A stretch of 64,000 bases of DNA from contig JAUCBJ010003179.1 in the NCBI GenBank assembly GCA_032718475.1, forward strand, positions 9,813-73,812, given 5' to 3'. Shown here one piece after another: positions 36,901-50,400 of the stretch (position 1 is its first letter; every line of letters starts with the position of its first letter). The position numbers and the translations under genes are program-made. Under the pieces are notes generated by a model. It was given only the letters and a program-made list of their open reading frames with translations. It was not told the DNA's origin and ran no database searches. This DNA comes from Nemertoderma westbladi (Eukaryota; Animalia; Xenacoelomorpha).

Positions 36901-39131
36901 TCAACTTATTGTGTCACTACAATGAACTCACCCAATCAACTTATTGTGTCACTACTATGAACTCACCCAATCAACTTATTGTGTCACTACAATGAACTCA
37001 CCCAAACAACATATTGTGTCACTACAATGAACTTACCCAAACAACTTATTGTATCACTACAATGAACTCACCCAAACAACTTATTGTGTCACTACAGTGA
37101 ACTCACCCAAACAATTTATTGTGTCACTACAATGAACTCACCCAATCAACTTATTGTGTCACTACAATGAACTCACCCAAACAACTTATTGTGTCACTAC
37201 AATGAACTCACCCAATCAACTTATTGTGTCACTACAATGAACTCACCCAATCAACTTATTGTGTCACTACAATGAACTCACCCAATCAACTTATTGTGTC
37301 ACTACTATGAACTCACCCAATCAACTTATTGTGTCACTACAATGAACTCACCCAATCAACTTATTGTGTCACTACAATGAACTCACCCAATCAACTTATT
37401 GTGTCACTACTATGAACTCACCCAATCAACTTATTGTGTCACTACAATGAACTCACCCAATCAACTTATTGTGTCACTACTATGAACTCACCCAATCAAC
37501 TTATTGTGTCACTACAATGAACTCACCCAATCAACTTATTGTGTCACTACAATGAACTCACCCAAACAACTTATTGTGTCACTACAATGAACTCACCCAA
37601 TCAACTTATTGTGTCACTACTATGAACTCACCCAATCAACTTATTGTGTCACTACAATGAACTCACCCAAACAACATATTGTGTCACTACAATGAACTTA
37701 CCCAAACAACTTATTGTGTCACTACAATGAACTCACCCAATCAACTTATTGTGTCACTACTATGAACTCACCCAATCAACTTATTGTGTCACTACAATGA
37801 ACTCACCCAATCAACTTATTGTGTCACTACTATGAACTCACCCAATCAACTTATTGTGTCACTACAATGAACTCACCCAAACAACATATTGTGTCACTAC
37901 AATGAACTTACCCAAACAACTTATTGTGTCACTACAATGAACTCACCCAATCAACTTATTGTGTCACTACTATGAACTCACCCAATCAACTTATTGTGTC
38001 ACTACAATGAACTCACCCAATCAACTTATTGTGTCACTACTATGAACTCACCCAATCAACTTATTGTGTCACTACTATGAACTCACCCAATCAACTTATT
38101 GTGTCACTACAATGAACTCACCCAATCAACTTATTGTGTCACTACTATGAACTCACCCAATCAACTTATTGTGTCACTACAATAAACTCACCCAAACAAC
38201 TTATTGTGTCACTACAATGAACTCACCCAATCAACTTATTGTGTCACTACTATGAACTCACCCAATCAACTTATTGTGTCACTACTATGAACTCACCCAA
38301 TCAACTTATTGTGTCACTACAATGAACTCACCCAATCAACTTATTGTGTCACTACTATGAACTCACCCAATCAACTTATTGTGTCACTACAATGAACTCA
38401 CCCAAACAACTTATTGTGTCACTACAATGAACTCACCCAATCAACTTATTGTGTCACTACTATGAACTCACCCAATCAACTTATTGTGTCACTACAATGA
38501 ACTCACCCAAACAACTTATTGTGTCACTACAATGAACTCACCCAAACAACTTATTGTGTCACTACAATGAATTCACCCAAACAACATATTGTGTCACTAC
38601 AATGAACTTACCCAAACAACTTATTGTATCACTACAATGAACTCACCCAAACAACTTATTGTGTCACTACAATGAACTCACCCAAACAACTTATTGTGTC
38701 ACTACAATGAACTCACCCAAACAACTTATTGTGTCACTACAATGAACTCACCTGAACGACTTATTGTGTCACTACAATGAACTCACCCAATCAACTTATT
38801 GTGTCACTACAATGAACTCATCCAAACAACTTATTGTATCACTACAATGAACTCACCCAAACAACTTATTGTGTCACTACAATGAACTCACCTAATCAAC
38901 TTATTGTGTCACTACAATGAAACTCACCCAATCAGCTCATTGTGTCAACTCAATAAACCTACCTGAACTATGTCTACTTTTGTTATCCGACGCAACGCTT
39001 TTGGTAGATAGAACATCTACATCAGCATCTACAGTCAAGTCGGGGTATATGTGTCCTTGTTGCCTTAGCAACATGTCCCGATTGATCCGATGAACGTCTC
39101 TATCCTCTCCTACGAGGAACGATCCAGGCAT
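24963..39131 (-). CDS. SNAG-like C2H2 zinc-finger transcription factor, 8 fingers, Gfi/Fezf-related, ~674 aa; exons 39131-38963, 28907-28418, 28125-27575, 27449-27262, 26606-26464, 26093-25972, 25627-25460, 25156-24963
   Basis: All introns are GT-AG with matching phases (total 2025 nt, one open frame). N-terminus MPGSFLV. Fingers include [63 protein letters not shown] and [21 protein letters not shown], with TGEKP-type linkers; the last finger is [22 protein letters not shown]. Orthology was not established. Confidence 0.9.
31115..31400 (-). mobile_element. Degenerate 3'-end fragment of the same RTE family as 15331-17397
   Basis: Translates as [29 protein letters not shown] versus [29 protein letters not shown] in the long copy; shares 3' UTR aatgcag(t/c)tgcaatgcagca and ends in a short (TAG)n-like tail. 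Confidence 0.85.
31453..38948 (+). repeat. Large intronic satellite, 35-bp unit AATGAACTCACCCAA(A/T)CAACTTATTGTGTCACTAC, ~210 copies
   Basis: Direct inspection; occupies most of the first coding intron of the zinc-finger gene. Confidence 0.98.
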
Positions 39132-41323
39132 CCTGAAATACATTTATGACCTTATATAATAAAATAATATATTGGTTTGTGACCGAAGGTGAAGTCGGAT
39201 CACAACGCGGGTATTACTGAGAAGAATTTCATAGCTCGATTATTCTGTTATAATATATAATTAAATTAATAAATACAATTTTCAACGTTTCAACTGCAAT
39301 ACATTAGCCATCATCAGGGATAATTAAACACAAAAAAGCAAAGTTTAACGTGAGATAGTAAAGTATTTATTAAATTATTACATTCCATTGTTTCTACTTT
39401 TATTTGCTACTTATTATTAAATTGCAAAGGCCTTCAAAATTAAATAGACAGGTTTTGTCTCTAGGAAATTACTATGTTTTATATCTATAAAAACAAAAAA
39501 TGTTAAAACTTAAAAGAATCAAACACGTAATGTCAATGATAATTCAACCCTGACGTGTAAATTAGGCAATTCATGTGAGACATGGCCATGGATGAAATGC
39601 TAATTGTAAATATATTAAAGATTTTGTTTATCTTTCAAAATATTTTAAATACGGTAAAATATAGAGATATATAATAATTATTAAATATACTAGAAAAGTT
39701 CAAACACTACTACAACATTTTTGGGGCGGGGGGGGGGGGGGGGGGTGGGGTTAAATTAAAATATTAATTATAGAAACATCAGGTCGTCAAATAATATATT
39801 TTTTCACGAAAAACACTTACCAATGTTAAGCAGGACTCTAAACAAAGATACAAATTATAATACACAAATAATTGAGATTGATCTTGCAATTGAACCAAAT
39901 TATCATATTAAACTAGAGTCAATGATCTTTAAGTATAAGTGATGTACAATTTGGTACGTGCTCGTAACCTGCTTAATTTTTGGACACATTTTACCTAAAA
40001 ATATATATCTATCTGGCATAGGAACCGATTGTTGATATGTTGTTATGCAACCTATTATATAATATATTACGTAAGAAAGTCTAGGGGTTGCAATAAATAC
40101 AAACCAATTATTAGCTTACCTGTTGAATATATGGGATGTGAGTGTTTTGGCAAATTGGCCAAAGCTGTAGATAACAGTATAGAAAATGCAATAAGAAAGG
40201 TTAAAAGGGGCGTTTCCCTTTCAGTTAAACTATTATAACTGAGAAAAGACAGGCTAAGTAGGTTAGAAAAAAAATCGAATTCAACTATTTTAAATGTTAG
40301 AACACAAGCGACGGGAGAAATTAAGTATAAAAATGAAAAGTTCAACTTACCATTCACTATTTCTATGCCTATCCTCTGCACAACAACTCAACTCTTCTCC
40401 TATTGGCTATTCGAACCGGCTTCAGAGAGGCACCAACGTATCCGAGAGAAGTGCTTGTCCCCCAGTCATCCTAACAATAGATTGGTCGTCGTGTGTTAAG
40501 GAAGCGACTGAGGCGCTCGCCGGTTGGTTGGCCAAGGCGCGTGGGTAGCAATCAACAGCCATCTACCCTACTATGGATTCTATTGGGCAGCATGCATTGG
40601 CCTTGGTATGCAGGAGTTATGGCCCCATCCCATGTGGACATTGTAGGTGGAAAGAAGTGAAGATTCTTCGGGTGATATCCCTTTTGGGATGAGTCGCATT
40701 CCATTGTGGGGCCCTTCTCCAAACCTCTGAGGAAGGTGCAGCTAAAAGAATGCATCTTCCTATTGTTGCTTTGCATTCCTCAGGTCTAGTCTATCAAAAT
40801 TCCGCCCCTCGAAGTTCTTTCATCTAGTGCTGGGGATTACCTCTTAAACAATAGAATCGCAGAATTCAGCTTCCTCTAATGTCTAGATTTCTTTTCTGAT
40901 CGGAATTTCTATAAACTTGACCGCGTGTTTATAACTTTGATGATGGGAGTGCTTTGATGAGTGCGAGCACTACAAATACATTCCTTGACCTCGGTGTTAA
41001 GCTGTAATTCTAAATATTCGCTTCGTATCATCCATCTGCGATCACTCTACATTCATATATGCGGTGGAATTGCAGATGCATTCACTGGTGTGTGCGTTAT
41101 ATATAATTCTCGAACAGAAGTCAACGGTCTATACATTATCTTATGGTCACCATTAATTATTTCATTGATTTGAGTGGACATTTCGATACATTATATTTGA
41201 ATATTTTGGATGTGCAGATGTCAAACGATTTTAATTTGAAGAGTGACTGCATCTTATATCGCAGTACCTCTACAAGTACAAAGATATTGATGGAAGTTTG
41301 CAAATTAAACTAAGTTGAACGGG

Positions 41324-41731
41324 TTGGGTGCAATCTTCGCCCGCGTACAACCCTTGCCCGCGTCCAATCTTCGCCCGGGTCCAATCTTCGCCCGCGTCCA
41401 ACCTTCGCCCGTGGGAAACCTTCGCCCGCGAGCAACCTTCGCCCAATAAATTTGTGTTAGTAACCATTTCAGTAGCAATTGAGGGAAATAGCAGGTTACA
41501 GAGACGGGTTTTTCTAACCAAAACAATAAAGATGTTGTTACCAATTGAGGGAAAGGAGCAGATTACAGAGACGGCTTTTTTTAACCAAAACAAAATAATT
41601 CTTTATTGGGCGAAGGTTGCTCGCAGGCGAAGATTGTCTGCGGGCGAAGGATTCCGCCGGGCGATAGTTGCTCATTTTAAGGGCGAAGATTGCTCCGGGC
41701 GAAGATTGGACGCGGGCGAAGTTTGTTACCA
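41324..41731. mobile_element. MITE with repetitive inverted arms (Mutator-like)
   Basis: Left arm (CAATCTTCGCCCGCGTC)n and right arm (GCGGGCGAAGATTG)n; flanks TTGAACGGG and TTGAACGCT form an imperfect 9-bp TSD. Confidence 0.7.
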
Positions 41732-44700
41732 TTGAACGCTAATTGGCCCGAAATGTATAATAATAATTAAAAGGTGGGTAAGATATATTGTCGAACATGT
41801 ATTATTTTTACATTGGGTGGGAAGAAAAATAGATAGTAATACTGAAAGAAACTTGAATTAGTAGGCAAGTAGGGACATAATATCAAATTTTTTTGATGGA
41901 TATGTTATTTCGGGACACACCATACCAATCGTTTGATTTCGCATGATTTCCGTTTTCTTATTTTACGCTTTAGCACATTGAAGAAAATAACCAATGCTCT
42001 TATTTCATATTCTGAAGTTATATATTCGTATTCCTCTGCTATTACACATGTTTATTTAGCTACTGTAAAGTGTAACTAGCTGTGGTTCTGTATCTATATA
42101 CATGATAATGTGAAAATTACGCCAATGAAACTCAAAGTATTGATATATTGTATTCAATTGATTTAGGCTACTTGCTATACATGTTAGCCAATTAAGATAG
42201 TATAAGGTTGTGGGTTAACATAAAATGCCTGCATAAATTAAATACATTGTCAATAGTCTATGCACTAAAGTCAGTGTTCCAAACGCACCAATTACCATTT
42301 GGGACCCTAACTGAACTGAAGCCATTTCATCGGAACACCTGATGGATTGGCTAACAATTAATTAGACTTAATATATGCTATCCGACATGCACCAGTTGCA
42401 CCTGTATATTTCCTTGACGCGCCGACATAACTAACACAACTTTAACCAACTGATCATTAGTGAAGTGTGGGGTAACACACAATGTGCGATATAACACATG
42501 GTGTTTTAGGTAATTAACTACATCTAAATTAATTCACCAATATGCGATCAGCATTCTGATAATATTTTATTGTCATCTTACTTAAACTCCAAACAACCGA
42601 GTTGAGGTCTGATAGATCTATGACAAACAATCTATGACATAGTTGAGGTCTAATGGGGGGGGGGGGGGGGGGGGGGGGGGGGGTCGGTTAGGTAGAAGTA
42701 GCCTGTGTAATTCTCAGCAGTATCGGATATTTTGATTGTCCATGCAAAGGCGAGATCTTAAGACACAAAATGTTCATAAAATTTACGCAAGAAAGTAGGG
42801 AAATAAGATTAGTGCATCAGCACGTTTCGCCCTAATCACATGATTCGATTTTTCTTGAAAATGTTGTTGACGTAACTTGTGCCAAAGGGTGACCTACCTG
42901 AAAACTATATCATTTTTTTTGTATTTGTTACGAAATTGGAAATACTAGAAAAATATTATATCTGTAAATATATTTTTGTGAAACTGCCCTATCGTGAAAA
43001 TGTATGTTTATACACAAACCCGAGATCATGATGTCGCAAAACTTATGGTGTATCATGGTCACTCACAAAGTCTAACATCGCAACATCCCGTTGGTACAAA
43101 CGGTAAGATAGAAAAATGTTAGGGTTAATGAAACGAAAAAAAATACAACTATTGCTTGGGAAGACCGCCAGTACGAAATGTTTCTTCAATCAATACGTTG
43201 ACGATCACTGCACAACACGTTAACATAACATTGTATATTTTCCATGCAGTAAAATGATTAGTTAACATTTCATTTTATTTTATTCTTCAATTAAGATGCG
43301 CAATAATGTAAGCCAATCAATAGGATAAACGTTAGGATAGTCGTTAACCAAAATAATGCACCATAGTGCATGCTGATCATGTACCAAATGGTATTGTCTA
43401 TCACTGAAACACCGTTAGATTCGGGACCAAAAGAATAAGATTACGTTAGATAGCGATAAGCAGTTTGGAGATAAAAGCCTCAACAAGCAATTGGCAAGGC
43501 GAGTGCACATCCATGGCAAGGTACGGAACCTACAATCAATAGATGACCGTCATACGCCACACAAACTCTTGGAGATGTGTCAATCTATGAAAATATGAAA
43601 TCTGACAAGCAGTGATTGACTCTGGTTGCACCTGTTAGAATGGAAGAGGGGAAACTTATCTATACGTTTAACCTTAACTCGACATGAATGGAGAGGCCCT
43701 TAGTAGTCATAGAACAGGGCCCATTGCCATGTACAACAGACACGCCACTCGGAGTGGAACAAAAGTTTGCTAACAATAATTGTTAACAGTTAGGAAAACC
43801 CCAGAGACACTCTTCTTTGTTGTCCCACTTAAATGGATAGCGAAATTGAATGGCCTTAGGTAAACTCCAAAATCGGGAGTCAAAAAAATTACAGCTAGGA
43901 TCTTCAACCACCATAAGCAAATGTGAACGTTATGTCTCTCTACGATCTAGAATAGTGAAGGATATTTTTGTAGCTTAATTTTTTGTTAAATTGCTCCTCA
44001 AAAGACAATGTAAATGTTAAGGATATAAAACAGTTATTAAAATTAAGCAAACATAGGAGTGAGGCGAGCCACGAATTCAGTTAGCCTTGTCTGTTTAATA
44101 CTGGCCATATGGGCATTGTATCTCTGTCTGGCTCAAAAATTAAACGGCCTGTTAAATTGATGAAAATTTGTATGTGTGTAGCAGAAAAAGATGGTTCTAT
44201 AAAGTTAACTGAATTGCATACTCCTATATAATGTATAATATATACTTATTCGGGTTCCCGACCCAAGCACAACGTGTATATATTTAAATAATTTAACGTG
44301 TATATACGGCCCCGAGGCTATAATATAGTAAGTCTTAGGGTATATTTTCGCACAGTTTAGTTAAAAAAACACGCAACCTTCGAACGTCCATATCTCAGAT
44401 ATATTTTGCAACGAAATTACGATTTTTTTCAGATTTGGAATTCAATGTGTCCAAATAGGTTGTTAGCCCGGTGCCTCCAGGGAATTGATGTAGGCATATT
44501 TTTAATAATGTCGATCATTACCTGCCATTATAAAGGTATTAAACCATCAGAAAAAACAAACTATGTTGATCAACAACCCTTTGATGCACCGACTGTAATC
44601 ACGCGGCTTATAGTAAAGTAGAAAGACCTAACGGAGTTCACCAAAGGCCCGATTAATCCTATATTAAATAACCCTAATAGGATGTCAACAGTTAATCCTT

Positions 44701-47448
44701 AATAGGGAACTTAATGAGCAGCAATGATGCTCCCAGAGGTTGCGCACACCTGTGTCTTTGCGGGCCCAATCGGTTCAAACAGATTCCGCTATACCTGAGA
44801 AAGAGGACCCAAAATTCAACTCAAACCACGTGGATGGATTGTCAACCAATAGCAGGTGGATGGATATATGACAGTCCATTATTATCGGATTATATTTTGT
44901 AGGTTATATGTGGTATAATAATGCTATAGCAGTTATGATGTTTCTGGCGGCCCCATCGCTTTGATGCCGGCGGCGGTTTTCGGTGCCGCACTCACAGAGG
45001 ACCAGTCACTTTCTGCGAAAACTTAATCGTGCTACCGAATCAAAACGCATTCTTTCTTGACGCTTAAAAGTGAGATCGCTGTTGGTGGACATGGTAGAGA
45101 ACAATAATTAATTAAAGCAATGATACATCCCCGGCAAACCTCTATCAAGTAAGCAGCACAGAATCGAATGCGTTGTCCATTGGGCCCGTTGGGTGCTTCA
45201 TAATACATACATGTATAGTTTCATCGATCACTGAATGCTAAATATTTCTACTTAACTAACCCAACCCAACTCATTGAATGGGAAGGGCTGTAGCGGTTTC
45301 GGTACACATCATACCCTCGCACCTGTGCAACAATTATTGACCATCAACATAGTACCCTACAACATATACCGTACCGTACCTTGAGTAAGCCGGGTAAAGC
45401 ATTTTCCGCATGTTATGGAGGAACAATGGGGTGATAAATTAATATTTGAAAGGTATAAACGGTGGCATGATGGTCATAGGTTTGTTTGTTAGTGCAGTGG
45501 AGGATAGTTAGGCCATCAGGAATGTTCGACCGATCCTGCTACACTTCATCTTGCCTGGACCGCATCTTAACTAATCATAAAGGGAATCTCAGATTTAGAG
45601 GTACTTCGCAATCGGTCGATAATATTTCTGGGCAATCTATTTGCTTGACAATATCAATATTTTCATGCGGTTGATGTTGTACCATTTGTGCTTATTGTGT
45701 AATAATTGGAACAAAGTTTTATTGAACGATAACATATCAATTTATCTACGTAAGCTGCTGGGCCTATTGTGTTAGAAAATTCAAAACATGGTGGTACTTA
45801 TTTATGCCTTAAGCTTACCACCCACCTCCTGGGTTTGCCAATCCAAAGGATGCGTCTCCCAATGTATTTGGCATTTGGCAGTGAGTTCATCACTTACTGT
45901 CATATGTAGTTACATGGTCTATCACTTGCTGCAGCTAGACCATGCAATTTGCGTCTCCCAGACACAGGTTGCAGTTTTGTCAACACTCAACCTGGCACTT
46001 CAAACTTCAGCTATTCATAGATAACCTTCTTCCTGGTTCCTTCTTTGGCTTTCTAGACACCTGCAACCGAGTAATAGGAAAGGTCCGACCTGGACTAGTA
46101 GAGGGCTTCCATTTCTATGATATTACAGTATACCGTCCGGTGACAGGTTGTACACTTTGTGTACACTTTTTGTACTAATTGTCGAGACACTAGTTTGTAC
46201 ACTTTTGAACAGCATTAGTACATGTTGTACTGAATTACTCTGTCATAGTAGTAGCAGAAAACACACTTTAATCGTAGTATACATCTACCTGACCTGACCA
46301 CAACAAGAGCAATAACATGCAACGAGTACGCTTTAGAGACCAGAACACCGGTTCTCGGTGTAAAATATTTATTTTAAAATAAAGTTATTCGAGCAATAGA
46401 TCGAATCGCAATATTTTTCGAAGCTGTTATTTAAGTCGATTTTCCCAGGGAGAGGCATGAATTTTTGAATTATGATTGCTCAAAAGTCCCCCTCCCTATC
46501 CGAAGTTTGGATACAATTACTCTAAATTGGTAATTAATAGCTAAACTTTTAGTTTTGCAATTAACCGTTTGCGGAGACTATGCGTGACCTATAGTGTAAT
46601 CGACGCATTTAGATTTACTGCAACTAAATAAAAAACTTACTGTAGACTGTTAGTTGTAAATAGCGTGAGAAATTGCATTCAATATTGTGTTACGTTACTG
46701 AGTCGCTCATATGAGAGTTGTATAAGGCGCCGTATTGAAGCATATAATACACAACCGGCACTATTCATAAGAACGCTAACAAACTGAGCATATTTACTTA
46801 TCAACTGTTTTAGTTTGATTTAATCTTATGTGAAGTGCTACTTTCTCACAGTGGCTTAAAGCCGTTCGATAACCATTTTAACAATCATACATACTTCACA
46901 TTGATCAAATAAATATTCATTCCCGTGCCAGTGCAGTAATATGCGTCCTATACAGGAGAAATAGTTACTTGTAAGAACTACCCCCCCCCCCCCCCTCCCC
47001 CCCCACCCCTCACTATTAATTATAGTCCCTACCTACCCAACATGGTAGCAACGCCGTTGACAACACTGATAATAATACTGGTTCTAAAATTGTTATTATA
47101 AAATATCCAAATATAATTTTATCATTAGGTTTATTAACATTTAGTCTCATGCGCATTTAGCTTATATCATATCATCATTATGATATTGTATTCTTGGTTA
47201 ATTGCGATTTTAAAAAGAAAATAAAATAGATAATGTAATGGCGGTGATTATGTTTCTGATTGTTTTACTTAATTGTTTAGAAAACAAACTATATACACAA
47301 AATGCATCACATCGATATAAGAATATGTTACTAAAATACAACAGTAACCACAATTATATAATATTTAAACAAACGTGCTATGAGAGTTTCTGAGTTCTGT
47401 TTCTCTAAGAGTTAATGATGCTGTGGGATTACAATGTCTTAAATCACT

Positions 47449-50400
47449 TTAAGGTTTGCGATCCATTAACTGTAGACTTTTATCGTCGTCAATGATTTGC
47501 TCGATTCTAAAACGCTGAAAAATAATTAAAAAATAAATAAACTCCACTAAATTTGGGAAACTTCGAACATGCAGGATAATTTGAATGTTCAAACGACAGC
47601 TGTAAACTCACTTGTTTGATTTGGAGTAGGCCTACTGTCAAGTAATTGAAAACAATCAAATGCCGATACGAAACAACCACGTTGTTAATGACTTTATAAT
47701 TGTTCAGGTTTTAAATTTCGTTTATAGTCCGGCAGATATATGGCGTTTTTTCAGTGAACCTTGCATTGGGGACCAGAGGCGGCAATAAACTCATCTTACA
47801 CCAGAGGCGACAATAAACTCATCTTACACCGGAGGCGACAATAAACTCATCTTACACCGGAGGCGACAATAAACTCATCTTACACCGGAGGCGACAATAA
47901 ACTCATCTTACACCGGAGGCGACAATAAACTCATCTTACACCGGAGGCGACATAAACTCATTTTACACCGCAGGCCACAATAAACTCATCTTACACCGGG
48001 GGCGACAATAAACTCATCTTACACAGGAGGCGACAATAAACTCATTTTACACCGGAGGCGACAATAAACTCATCTTACACTGGAGGCGACATAAACTCAT
48101 TTTACACCGGAGGCCACAATAAACTCATCTTACACCGGAGGCGACTTTATACTTGTTCAGGTTTTAAATTTCGTTTATAGTCCGGCAGATATATGGCGTT
48201 TTTTCAGTGAACCTTGCATTGGGGACCAGAGGCGGCAATAAACTCATCTTACACCAGAGGCGACAATAAACTCATCTTACACCGGAGGCGACAATAAACT
48301 CATCTTACACCGGAGGCGACAATAAACTCATCTTACACCGGAGGCGACAATAAACTCATCTTACACCGGAGGCGACAATAAACTCATCTTACACCGGAGG
48401 CGACATAAACTCATTTTACACCGCAGGCCACAATAAACTCATCTTACACCGGGGGCGACAATAAACTCATCTTACACAGGAGGCGACAATAAACTCATTT
48501 TACACCGGAGGCGACAATAAACTCATCTTACACTGGAGGCGACAATAAACTCATCTTACACAGGAGGCGACAATAAACTCATCTTACACCGGAGGCGACC
48601 ATAAACTCATCTTACACCGGAGGCGACAATAAACTCATCTTACACCGGAGGCGACAATAAACTCATCTAACACCGGAGGCGACAAAAACTCATCTTAGAC
48701 CTGAGGCGACACAAATCTCATCTTACACTGGAGGCGACAATAAACTCATCATACACCGGAGGCGACCAAAACTCATCTTAGACCTGAGGCGACACAAATC
48801 TCATCTTCCACCGGAGGCGACAATAAACTCATCTTACACCGGAGGCAACAATAAACTCATTTTACATCGGATGCGACAATAAACTCATCTTACACCGGAG
48901 GCGACAATAAACTCATCTTACACCGGAGGCGACACTAATCTTATCTTACACCGGAGGCGACAATAAACTCATCTTACATCGGAGGTGACAATGAACCCAT
49001 CTTATACCGGAGGCAACAATAAATTCATCTTACACCGGAGGCGACAATAAACTCATCTTACACCGGAGGCGACACTAATCTTATCTTACACCGGAGGCGA
49101 CAATAAGCTCATCTTACACCGGAGGTGACAATAAACTCATCTCACACCAGAGGCGATAATAAACTCATCTTACACCGGAGGCGACAATAAACTCATCTTA
49201 CACCGGAGGCGACACTAATCTTATCTTACACCGGAGGCGACAATAAGCTCATCTTACACCGGAGGTGACAATAAACTCATCTCACACCAGAGGCGATAAT
49301 AAACTCATCTTACACCTGAGGCGACAATAAACTCATCTTAGACCTGAGCGACACAAATCTTATCTTACACCGGAGGCGACAATAAACTCATCTTACATCG
49401 GAGGCGACAACAAACCCATCTTACACCGGAGGCGATAATAAACTCATCTTACACCGGAGGCGTCATTAAACTCTCTTGCACAAACACCAACACTAAACTC
49501 GCCTTACACTCAATCCTTACACTTCAAGACCCCTGACACCGGAGGCGACACCACTAATCCCCTCTTACACAGGAGGCGACTCGAAATTATGCTTACACCA
49601 AATGAGACACTAAACTCCCCTTGCACCGGAGTTTAACACTAAACTCCTCTTACACAGGAGGCGACAATAAACATATTTTACACCGGAAGCGATACCAAAC
49701 ATATCTTATAGCGGGGAGGTCGACTAATCAGTCCTTTCACGTAATTACGCCTCTAAAGAACACTGGCCTTGAAGGTGCGGATGATCACGCGAAAGTCCTG
49801 GAGATAGTGAGTTGTGGCGGCAAATGTCGATACGCCGGTATATCATTCTTAATGCAACATGTCGATTACAGATAGATGCTTTCACTATAGGAAATCACTA
49901 TATATATTTTAGAAGAAATATTTAATTGTTGGGTGGTGCTCTGGGCTCACCAACCTGTAGTCTGTCCAGGTGATCGTCCATTCTCCTGTCCTCTAGGTCC
50001 GGAGGTAGCAGACACTCTAGCCGTACCGCTTTCAGTGCCGTCGGTTGACTAGCTATCAGATACTCAATTTCATCATGGCGAACTTTCTGATAGCGCAACC
50101 GCATCACTCGAAGTCTATTACGGGCCTCAGCCGCTCTATATAGAATTAAAAATAACAAGAAATAGCTTATGTTCCAAATAATGGTTTGTTTAACACTGGA
50201 TTTGTTTAACACAGATTATATATCTATAGATATATATTTTTATACATATACATATATGAATTAATGGACGATTAATATATACAATGAATGATTTTTAGAT
50301 ATCGATTGTATTGTTAATAAGCCCGACGTAGAGTGAGAGAAGGGAAGAAAATAGAACGAAAGAAATAGAAATAGAACTTTCATTTAATGTTTTGACTAAC

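Noticed and set aside
31453-38948. 35-bp (and 32-, 29-, 28-bp) repeats of CRISPR-like length
   Set aside because: Units are head-to-tail with no unique spacers, no cas genes are present, and the context is eukaryotic introns or transposons.
40400-41200. Less AT-rich block with short ORFs upstream of the zinc-finger gene
   Set aside because: The frames I read contain stops and no recognisable domain; it could be a promoter (CCAAT-like words) or a decayed element, but neither can be supported.
41270-41735. ORFs of 107-135 aa on both strands
   Set aside because: Translations of the repetitive arms of the MITE at 41324-41731.
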